From Eledone cirrhosa (taxonomy: Eukaryota), in assembly GCA_964016885.1 (NCBI GenBank), contig OZ024743.1:90396001-90460000 (forward strand): 64,000 nucleotides of DNA, read 5' to 3'. Positions within the stretch are counted from its first letter, which is position 1, and each line of letters opens with the position of its first letter. Shown here piece by piece: positions 54,420 to 64,000 of this stretch. The notes below the pieces were generated by a model. The model saw only the letters and a list, made by a program, of their open reading frames with translations, was not told the origin of the DNA and did not search any database. Both the position numbers and the translations under genes were made by a program.

Positions 54420-54705
54420 CGCTCCAGAACCACTCATCCCATGTCTTCCTGGGTCTGCCTTTTCTTCAGATTCCAGGATTGCTCTGCATTTCTTTATGCA
54501 GCTGCTATCCTCCATACACATCACATGTTCATACCAATACAGTCTCCTCTCTTGCACATTACATCCAATTCTTCTTATGCCAAGTTTTTCTCTTAGTTCT
54601 CTTATGCTACATCATTCATACACACTATCATTACACATCCATTGGAGCATACTTGCTTCATTTCTCTCCAGCCTTTGCAGCTCTTCTGTGGTTAAGGTCC
54701 ATGTT
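54420..54705 (-). mobile_element. RTE LINE 3' fragment
   Basis: QERRLYWYEHVM..CIKKC and LERNEASML remnants. Confidence 0.8.
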
Positions 54706-55343
54706 TCATTTAATATAATTAGTTCAAGAAATGATAAGTCAAACACAGAGATTCAAAAACACAAAAACTTATTAGTATCACACCTATAAGGAAGCAGAAT
54801 ATATATAAATATATATATGCCCCAGCATGGCCTCAGTCAGGTGGCTGGAACAAGTAAAAGAATAAGAGTATATATATATATTGGATGAGGTGATAACAGC
54901 TGACCTTGCTCAATTGCACCTCTCACAGGACTGAGATCTCTGGCGTTACACAGTAATACAGAAGACTTGACTTCCCACCGGCACGGGCCGAAGCTGAAGC
55001 ATATATAGTGTATGCCCCACCCCACCCTCCCATACATCCCCCATGAGGACAGGTCGAAGTATGCATCCACTGAAACCCCCAGCCCACACTGTAAAGTGGT
55101 CGTGATGGTGACATGGCAAAAGGCGCCCAGCCCACTCTGTAAAGTGGGCGTGTAGATGTCACGACAAAAGTCACCCTGTAAATGAGGTTAGCACTAAGTA
55201 AAGCATCCAGCTGTAGAAACCAAGCCAAAATCAGTTCTGTGTGAGCAAGACATGGTCACCTGACCTAGCATTGCCCACAACAGTACAACTCATCTAACGC
55301 TTGCTAGCGTGGAAGAATGGACGTAAAACGGTGATGATCATCA

Positions 55344-56400
55344 TCTATATATATAAAACTGAGGATGTCTGTCTGTGTGAGTTTGAATCCCTAAAACTCG
55401 AGAACCACCCAACCGACCGTTTTCAAACTTTACACATGTAATACTTATGTTTCAGGGAGTGTTCTGAGCAAAAAAAAAATTTCAAATTTTCACTGCCCTA
55501 GGGACCACATTAGGCGATTTAGCGATCTCTCTCTATAATTCTTAGTCTTTCTCTTTTTAGATAGATACATACATATAACGTTGCGCCTTTATAATTGTTT
55601 CTACTTTTGGCACAAGGCCAGCAATTACCCACAGTGCATTACTGGTACTTTATTTTATCGACCCCGTAAGGATGAAAGGCAAAGTCAACCTCAGCGGGAT
55701 TTGAACTCAGATCGTAAAGGGACGTAACTATGCTGGAAAGCATGGCGTCCGACCCACTACCGACACTGTCAATCCACGCCTTTATAATATCTGTCTGTAT
55801 GTCTGTATGTCTGCATTACGTCACTTCCCTGAGGATGTCTGTCTCTGTGTGTGTGTCTGTGAGTTTGAATCCCTAAAACTCGAGAGGTACCCAACCGATT
55901 TTGTTCAAACTTTACATGTGTATTACTTATGTTTCAGGGAGTGTTAGGTGAAAAACTGCATTTTTAAAGCTTTTTAGGGGTTTTATGAGGCTTTACGTCA
56001 GACCGATTTCCTTGAAATTGTAACTATGTATTAGTCAGTCTCTTCTTCATACCGTGAGCAAAGAAAATCCAACTTTTTTATGGCCTAGGGTGAAAAACTT
56101 CATTTTTTCAGCTTTTTAGCGCTTTTTTGAGGCGTTACGTTACGATTTTCAAGGAAATTTCAAGGCATATTATGCACATTAAAAAAATTCATTTTCTTGA
56201 TCCCCTAGGGCCCGCATTAGGTGAAAAGCTGCATTTTTCCTGCTTCATCGACGAAAATCCTAAAGATTATCCAGCCATCAGAGTATTCGGTTTATTTTCT
56301 TTACATATTATCCAGGCATGCAGTTTTTCCACGATTAGGTCTGTTGGCAGCCCGCCTTCCAAAATACCTTATCCCGTGCAACGCCGGGTACCACTACTAG
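55344..56400 (+). mobile_element. Non-autonomous Helitron
   Basis: A|TCTATATATATAAAA 5' end, (GTCT)n, subterminal hairpin CCCGTGCAACGCCGGG, 3' CTAG|T; 5' segment duplicated internally (55359-55470, 55829-55945). Confidence 0.85.
55590..55780 (-). mobile_element. Deu/Nin-type SINE nested in the Helitron
   Basis: Full head, core and tail; TSD CGCCTTTATAAT on both sides. Confidence 0.9.
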
Positions 56401-56749
56401 TTATATATATATATATGCGCACACACACACATGTATATATAGCTATTTATTACACTAATCAATCATGCTTCCAGATACACGTTTCATTGACTTTATCAAA
56501 TCTTCAGTTCCACCATCTACAAATGGTTGCATTCATTCACTTCTCTTTAATAAAAGAGCTCTAAAGAAAGGGTAATAATTAGATATGTTAGATATGTAGT
56601 GATGTAATTCTCTTCCTCGGGTTGTTTTGTGTAAAATAACAGATAAAGGGAGCTAGTAGGTTAATATTAACAAAGTGTTTTTGAAAATTATTGGGAAACT
56701 ATATAGGGTTGACAAAACAAGAATATACCTCTTAGCAATACTCCCACGC

Positions 56750-58700
56750 TTTCTCGAAGACCTGTTACAGTATGAATATTTGGGCAGCTGTGCTGCGTCT
56801 AGGGTGAAAACCAAACTGTTCATCAGCTAGCTTGGGCTTGATAATCTCCCTGCATATCTTTGCCAGATACTTAGCATATACTTTACCAGAGAGGATTAAC
56901 AAGGAGATCCTCTCTGTAATTGGAACAATCTCTCTTGTCTCCTTTTTTGATTATCACTCCCAATTGCCATTGCTTAGGTGCCTTTCCAGAGATCCAGGCT
57001 ACCCAGCACACACAAGTCAGCCAGAGAATACCTTCTCTATTTAAGGCTTTTAATATCTTGGGCTGGATTTCATCTTCCTCAGTGGCATTGCCAGAACACT
57101 TGATTTGCTGATCTAAAGTTGGATTTCAGCTTAACCCCAAAGTCCTCCCATGTCTTAACTTTGGATGCCTTTACTGTCTCTGCTGCGATTCTTTGTGCCT
57201 GCTTGTATTGCAAGTGCAAGAGGGACTTATTTCCAATCCAAGCTTTGTAAGCCTCCTTTGCTCGGATGACATCTTTGACTTCTTGATTTAACAGCTGAAC
57301 CAGAAACTGCTGTGCTGAACAATCTCAATGCTGTCTCAATGTCCTCAGTTTGCTCAGGGAGTTCTCTGAATTTCGATGCAATAGTATTTGCATACCTGGT
57401 CCTGACTTCCTTATCCACCAATGCTTCCCACTTTATCCTGTAGGTCACCCTGGACCTGCCAGTTTTGTGGACATCCTTGGCTTTAGTTAGTCTCAAGTTG
57501 CAGATAACTATAAGGTGATCAGTTGACAGCTCAACCACTCTCTTAACACGAACATCCAGCACAGAATCAAAGACAATAACAAAATCAATTATTGATCTGT
57601 CCCTGATTCCCCCTTATATAATGTATATTTATGGATGTCTCTGTGCTGGAAGGTGTTCATAATAGACAGTCCATTGCTAGTAAGGCCTTTCCATTCGTAT
57701 TTAGATAGGGGTCACCATTCCTTCCAGTCACTCTTTTCCATGTCAGGTGGTCAATGCCAACATGTACATTGAAATCTCACATCAGAATATATGACTCAGT
57801 CTTAACTACATCTAACACTGCAGTGACTTCATCAAGGAAGGACCTGTATTTAGACTCCTTGTTTCATGCATAAACTTACACCACCCACAAAGACCTATTT
57901 TTCGGCCTAAGCTTCAAGAGGCAAATCCTCCTTCCTAATGGGATCCAGTCCATAACACATTCTGGCAGTCAGGAGCTTCAGTGTCCCCACTCCCACCTGT
58001 GCAGTAATTTCTGGCACCAAACCTGAATAGTGGAGTTTCCATCCTCCATCCAAATCTACAATATCAAAGCCACGGAACTTTGTTGAGGAAACCCCGACTA
58101 TATCTAGACTCCTCCACTAGTTCCTGCTCCTTACCTGTAAGGGTTGTGATGTTCCAGGTTCCAACTGTTCAGGTTTGCTCCTTTCCAAACTCTCTTTGGG
58201 GGTCTTAGGATACACAAACTTTGTACATCCATCCCATGCCTTCCAGGGCAGGTTGCAGGCCTATCACGAGTTTTTGCAGCATGAAATGGAAACTGCTATA
58301 TATTTTTCAAACAAGCCCCTCTACCTAAGGCCTGAACACGTCCTTTGTTAACCCACATGAAGGACAACGCGGTATGGTTTGTTTTTGGCTTCCTCGTCAT
58401 ATTGCAGTTTCAGTTTCAGTGGTCTTATTCGCACCAGTCACCAATTTGGTACTTTGTCAAACCCGCGAAGACTAGGCAGCCTTTAATCACCTTGTCTTAG
58501 CTACGTCACTGAATTGTGAGAATTTTCTTGGGAGCTACAGGTGTCACCCATTGCTTCATTTCCCCAAACCAACAGCAGTAAACTATTACCGCTGTTTGTT
58601 CGGGGTTGCTTCTTTGTTCAGCAATTGCCCACTTATATCGCAACTAGCCATTATATCTAGTGGATGTATCGCTCTCCGCCACCTGCAACCCGTTCTCTAG
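56750..58700 (-). mobile_element. RTE-clade LINE 5' part (putative 5' UTR plus APE endonuclease), decayed
   Basis: VGTWNITTLTGKEQELV, LDIVGVS, IDFVIV and DVRVKRVVELSTDHLIV endonuclease motifs; the right boundary is approximate. Confidence 0.85.
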
Positions 58701-58714
58701 CAGAACAGCTCTGC

Positions 58715-59158
58715 TGCATATGACCATGTTCCTCAGGACCTGCTGTGGAAGGTTCTGCAGGAGTATGGGATTGATGGTCAGCTCTTTGCTGCCTTGCTGT
58801 CTCTATATGAATGCCCAAGTATTTGTGTTCAGATAAATGGTGCTAAATCGAAACCATTCAATGTGGAAGACAGACTCCGCCAAGGGTGCATACTGTCACC
58901 TCTCCTATTCATTATTTACATGAACAGGATTGACATGCACAGCCAGATTGGAAGTGGTATCATGACTGGCAGGTGTAAAATCAGTCAGCTGCAATTTGCA
59001 GGCGGCATGGTTTTACTTAACTCGACAGGAGGTGCTCTCCAACTTGTACTTGATAGGTTTGATGCCAAGTACTACATGGCTGGAATGAAAATTAATGCTG
59101 TAAAAACTGAGACGCTCATCCTCTCAAGGAAGCCTGCATTCTACATGTAAATGGAGTT
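58715..59158 (+). mobile_element. RTE-clade RT fragment, opposite in orientation to the adjacent endonuclease part
   Basis: AYDHVP..LWKVLQEYGI, LRQGCILSPLLFIIYM, degenerate FADD (FAGG), GMKIN..KTE. Confidence 0.88.
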
Positions 59159-59389
59159 CATTTTTTTAAAACCAGAATTAGTCGTTTACTTAACATATTG
59201 AGACTCAAACCCATCCTATTTATTTTAGAATGTACGGGATTTCTAGTAATGTACTTTTTTTGTCATATAAAATGTTTTTTAATGTATAAATAAAATTAAA
59301 ATAAAATTTCACCAGCAAAATTAAATGAGTGAGAGTGGGGGAGGTCTGAAAAATTAATAAGCAGGGTGGGGGACGATTATTGAGTAGTT

Positions 59390-60330
59390 GGTCTAAGTCT
59401 AGTAAAGTCTTTGAAATCTGTCAAACTGGGTGAATCTAAATACGTTAGTGTTACTAAGGGTGTTAAACCAATTTATTACTGTTTGACTATTTTTCCCACT
59501 GGTTAAGATTGGTTTGGTCCGTATTGACGTGATTAGATTGTATTGTTTTACTAACTTGTCCTATTTCATTTCGGGCAGGGTTGATAAGCCTGAAAATGGA
59601 ATTTTTAGTGAAATTTGGTTAATGGTCTTTCAGAGTAATTGAAGGCCTCGCATTTGCTAAACATTCTAGTTTTTTGTCCACATTAAAGGAGCTGCCTAAG
59701 GATTTGGTCTCACCGTTGATGTCATAATAATCTGTAGGGTCTGCCTTTTTATATTTAGAAGTTATGGTTTTATGTATAAGGTAATTTATGTCAGACCTGT
59801 CAACTATCCCAGTCGGACGGGGAGATCTCTCACCCACTTTGGGGTGGGTGAGAGAGATGTCTTCTCTTGTGAAAATTGGTATAGCTTTCATTGTTTAATA
59901 TCTCACCATTTTGCCTCATTTCTCACGTTTTGAGGCACTTCTTTTCATGTTATTCCCCGCTGGGCGATTTTAGAGGTTTGCATGTCCGATATGTAGTTTG
60001 GTCTAGTTTATATAGGTTGTTAGTTTTATCAGATATTTCGAAAGATTTATTACAGGATCTAAAAGTTATGAGGCCTCTGTTGTTGTTTTCGAAAATGGTG
60101 GAGTATTTATTGAAAGAAATATTGGAGACTAAGTCAAGAAGGTCGCCCTCGAAAGGGGTGAGGTTATTTACCTTAGGATCGGGAAGGGGTAGATCCTAGA
60201 TTTTAGGTAGAAAAAGTCGGCTGTTCCAGTCGAGTAAGTTAAGCTGGAAAGGGTGGGAATAGGAGTAATCGATTTCATGAAGTTCCATTCCTGTTAGATA
60301 AGGTCCTTGGATATGTAGAACGCTCACAAG
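59390..60330 (-). mobile_element. Penelope-like element RT remnant
   Basis: ITSKYKKA...PSITLKDH(stop)PNF...FRLINPARNEIGQVSK, typical of the PLE RT N-terminal region; fragmented; boundaries approximate. Confidence 0.7.
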
Positions 60331-60570
60331 ATAGAGTGGATTGCCAAATTTATACGGGATAAAAGCGTGAAGAATCTGCGAAACCGGATAAGTCCTTGGA
60401 GATGGGTGGGTAGTGTGTAAATAAAGAAATATATTCATTGCCTATAAAACACGTAAATACATAAATAGTCGTGTTAATATATGAATACGTATTTACCAAG
60501 GGAGGTAACTGATGTATCGCTCTCTATTATCTGAGATTATTTCATTATTTGTGGTTTGTTTCCTGTAAAA

Positions 60571-60693
60571 ATGGTTGGTGTAAACATTAAAGTCAGTGGA
60601 ACCACTTCTGCCAAACCTAATTTTAAAAAGAAAGAAAACACTACTGAATCTGCATTTGATTTAGAACAACATTTCATTTTGAGATTGCCACCG
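60571..60693 (+). CDS. TAF7: TFIID subunit 7, coding exon 1: MVGVNIKVSGTTSAKPNFKKKENTTESAFDLEQHFILRLPP
   Basis: AAAATGG start context; LEQHFILRLPP matches the TAF7/TAFII55 N-terminal motif (ELESQFILRLPP); CCG|gtaaat donor, phase 0. Confidence 0.93.
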
Positions 60694-60985
60694 GTAAATA
60701 ACTAAAATTACATTATTTGTATATGTTTTGTGTATAATAGAACATATCTTCAATTTCATCCCATAGTTGTTATCATACATATAATGACGTTACCAGAATA
60801 ATATATCTATACTAGTGAGCCTGTACCGTCAATAAAGGTTTCTAATTTAAGCACAAGTCCAAAAATGTACGTGGGGGGAGGGGGGGCGATTGCATTGACC
60901 TCAATTCGTGACTGGTACTTTATTTTATTGACCTCGGAAGGATGGAGGGCCATATATTTACCAGGATTATTGGATATATATATAA

Positions 60986-61175
60986 GGGCCGTGGATTGGC
61001 AGTATCGGTAGAGGGTCGGACGCCATGCTTTCCATCATAGTTACGTCCCTTTACGATCTAAGTTCAAGTCCCGCCGAGGTTCACTTTGCCTTTCACCCGT
61101 ACGGGGTCGATAAAATAAAGTACCAGTAATGAACTGGGTAATTGCTGGCCTTGTGCCTAAAGTAGAAACAATTAT
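60986..61175 (+). mobile_element. Deu/Nin-type SINE in TAF7 intron 1
   Basis: Full head, core and tail; ATTATTGGATATAT duplicated on both sides. Confidence 0.9.
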
Positions 61176-61356
61176 TGGATATATGAATAATAATAATACA
61201 AACTGGGAAATTTGCGTTTTGATAAATTTATGGTTTGCATAAGAGAAATCCTATAGTTTATGTTGATTACTGACGCGTGTAAGTGATTAAGAATGAAATA
61301 AATATGATACTTTAATCATTTATTCCTAGGATCAATTTACTTAAATGTTCAGCATG

Positions 61357-61742
61357 TATGCTCAGGTCTTGAATAATCGCTCCCCACGCCGCTTATTCAT
61401 TTTTCAGATTTTTTTCCATGCTCCTCTGCTTTTATTCCATCCCACGCTACCCCTTCATTTATTAAAGTTTGTTAATCTATCTCCGGCGAAATTTTATCGT
61501 AAGTTATTCATATTGATACAACAGCTGGAGAATCTAATAATGATTTTATTTTACATTAAAAAACATATATGACAAAAAAATAACATTACAAGAAATCCCG
61601 TATTTACAAACGAACTTTACGAGCGTACACGTTACAATTACCGACGCTCCCCCTTCCCGCTTATAAGAATTTAAACAAATGTCCACCACCACCACCCACC
61701 CCTGCTTATTCCAACCCCCTTATTATTTGGGACCCTAGAGTA
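61357..61742. mobile_element. MITE / non-autonomous DNA transposon (TA-flanked, imperfect TIRs); partial inverted copy at 59160-59385
   Basis: Ends TATGCTCAGGTCTTGAATAAT / ATTATTTGGGACCCTAGAGTA; internal segments match the reverse complement of 59232-59298 and 59345-59385. Confidence 0.6.
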
Positions 61743-61881
61743 CAAGATTAAACGTATGCATACTTAAGATAAATAACTATTTACTGGAGCAAATGTAAGA
61801 TTAGAACCCTGGACCTTGTGATTAGAAAGCTAGTGTATGAGATGATGATAATATTGATTCTTAAAATGTTGTTGTGACCAG

Positions 61882-62013
61882 GGTGCTGCAGCCGCACTTC
61901 GTCAAGATGTTCAATCGGGAGCTGTTTCTTTGAAGGATAAATTAAGTATTGAAATTCAGAGTGATATTCGACATGGTACAGTACGTTATGGTAGTGAAGT
62001 ATTCACTGTTAAG
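61882..62013 (+). CDS. TAF7: TFIID subunit 7, coding exon 2: GAAAALRQDVQSGAVSLKDKLSIEIQSDIRHGTVRYGSEVFTVK (gene continues beyond the window)
   Basis: tgaccag acceptor, AAG|gtttgt donor, 132 nt, phase 0/0; matches TAF7 VQSG..NLKDRL.IE...D.RHG.VR. Confidence 0.93.
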
Positions 62014-62166
62014 GTTTGTATTTATAACATTTTATTTGATTTTTCTATAACATTCTCTATAAGATAACATCCTCTAGAAAAATGCAAAAGTATTTTCTTG
62101 TGTAGAACTTTCAGCCCAGCTGAAATGCTACAAATAACACAAATTGTTCCCCTTTAATTTAAGGAT

Positions 62167-62406
62167 TAACCCTTTCATGTCAGCATTTCTAATGAAATAC
62201 ACTCTATTTCAGTTAATTAATTAAGGATTTTTTAGAGTTTTACTAAAATTATTAATTATTTCATTACTAAAGTAGTAACTTAATGTAAAGTTCTTATATA
62301 AAATTATGTTGGTAGATTTTAATTTAAATTGGAAACCTTTAAAATAGGTGGTTTTATTTCATAGAACCAGAGCTGGTTTTGGCCAGGTTGGTAACTAAAT
62401 GGTTAA
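62167..62406. mobile_element. TTAA-flanked MITE-like repeat (piggyBac-type ends); related copies near 27830-28390, 39720-39880, 41190-41910 and 62610-63560
   Basis: TTAACCCTTT...AAATGGTTAA termini; shared ATTTCTAATGAAA and CATAGAAC....CTGGTTT motifs. Confidence 0.6.
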
Positions 62407-62411
62407 AAAAA

Positions 62412-62597
62412 ATAATTGTTTCTACTTTTGGCACAAGGCCAGCAATTACCCAGTACATTACTGGTACTTTATTTTATCGACCCCATAAGGATGAAAGGCA
62501 AAGTGAACCTCGGCGGGATTTGAACTCAGACCGTAAAGGGACGTAACTATGCTGGAAAGCATGGCATCCGACTCTCTACCGATGCTGCCAATCCACA
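62412..62597 (-). mobile_element. Young Deu/Nin-type SINE in TAF7 intron 2
   Basis: Full length; long TSD ATGGTTAAAAAAAATAAT on both sides. Confidence 0.92.
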
Positions 62598-64000
62598 TGG
62601 TTAAAAAAAATAATGAACTCTTCCGTTATCATATTTCTAAGGAACTTCAACTGTATTTCAATTAATTAATGAAGATTTTTTTTTTGTTTTTTTTGTTTTT
62701 TTATTTATGAATATTAATGAAGAATTTATAGGGATTTACTATGAATATTGATTAGTTGATTGCTAAAATAGTAACTTAATATGTGGTTCTTAGATGAAAT
62801 TATGTTGAGAGATTTTAAATTTTATTAGTTTTATTAAGTTTTAAATATATACATAAATAACACTACAAATTGCTCATAGATTGAAAATATAAACACATAT
62901 AACAAATACAATTAACCATTGCTAGGAACCTCATAAATACAACCCACCAAAATATATGACCAGAGCGAGAGAAAGAAAAAAAAAGGGAAACGAAAACGAC
63001 CATCAATTCACCACTAGTGCGACAATTGGCTGCACATCACAAGGATCAACCGGAATATTTTGAGCAAGCCAAAAAGCTTGCAGCATTACCACAGGTGGTG
63101 GAGAGGTTAAGGCGCTGAAACAACCAGGCACCCTCACAGGCATCACCTGTCACCTCAGTTAAGCGATGACAAGAACTTCGCTGTCAACAGTCAAACTCCA
63201 CCAAACGTCTCTAACGCCACAGACTGGAGAAAATAATTGTTAGATAGATTTCCGGATTCTATTCTATTTGGCAACAGAAGCAGTGACTCTCACATTAACC
63301 ACGGCATCCATGATGTGGGAGGGAGCAATAGAGTCACTGACTATGGCGTCCCAGATGAGACATCTGCCCCTTCGCAGGGACAAAGGGCAACGCCGTCTGG
63401 TCTCTTCCCATCACTTCTGGATAATCCAGCCGGCTCCAGAACCGAGGGGATATTTAGCCAAGCCAGAGCTGTTTAATGATCAGATTTAGCTTGGGGATTT
63501 TAATTTAGATAAACCTTGTAAATGGGCCGGTTTTGGCTAGACTGGTATCAAAAAATGTTAACAGCATTTAATTTATTTTAAATAAACTAAGAGAAATTGA
63601 TTCTGTAAATTGACTGCTCATCAAATTGCCAAATGTAATTCAGCAGAAGATTTTGTTTCAGAAATAGTTATTTTAGGATCTATTTAAGTAGCATTCAGAT
63701 TTTGTCATTATCATCATAATCATTATCACATCTGGTTTACGCTGGCATGGGTTGAACGAGGTTTTTAGAAGCAGTGTTTAATAGAAGAAGGCTCTTTCTA
63801 ATGCCAACCCTTTTTGTTGCCTCTTATAATTTGTAAGGATATCGTGTACCTGTTCTAAAAACTGTGATGCATACATTAATGAAATGGCAAAATAGTAAGT
63901 GAAGCATTTATTGAATTCAAAGTTATGCTGGAGGACATCATTTCTGGCCAAAATTATTATGAATTTTTGTTTGATAAACCTCGTAAAGTAAATAGAAGGA

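Noticed and set aside
25586-59158. RT fragment ending at 59158 appears to continue at 25586 (NGVSMKQVEKFKYLG), suggesting one element split by rearrangement
   Set aside because: The 25589-26205 copy has its own 12-bp TSD, so it is an independent 5'-truncated insertion

Overview
AT-rich, repeat-dense eukaryotic DNA. The Deu/Nin-type and RTE-tailed tRNA-SINEs, RTE and CR1 LINEs and (TA)n tracts suggest a coleoid cephalopod such as octopus (inference). Two spliced genes can be rebuilt by hand. (i) A minus-strand M6/proteolipid (PLP/DM20/GPM6 family) four-TM gene with exons at 45922-45936, 41994-42150, 36067-36226, 32558-32720, 27163-27251 and 25435-25500; all intron phases are consistent and the 3' end lies left of the window. 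(ii) The first two coding exons of TAF7 on the plus strand (60571-60693, 61882-62013). Bases 1-25434 are part of one M6 intron of over 25 kb, filled by a ~19.6 kb 29/33-bp satellite with multi-kb higher-order duplications and a ~5.5 kb 47-bp satellite. The most striking observation is that the 47-bp monomer is an amplified copy of the M6 exon end plus its splice donor (TTGCAATG|GTAAGT becomes TTGCAATG|GTAAAT). The array also holds a ~1.2 kb inverted block that would form long dsRNA in the pre-mRNA. Also present: a clean twin-priming RTE insertion, a non-autonomous Helitron, a Penelope-like remnant and several minimal hammerhead-ribozyme-like motifs. Most entries in the supplied ORF track are repeat or antisense artefacts.
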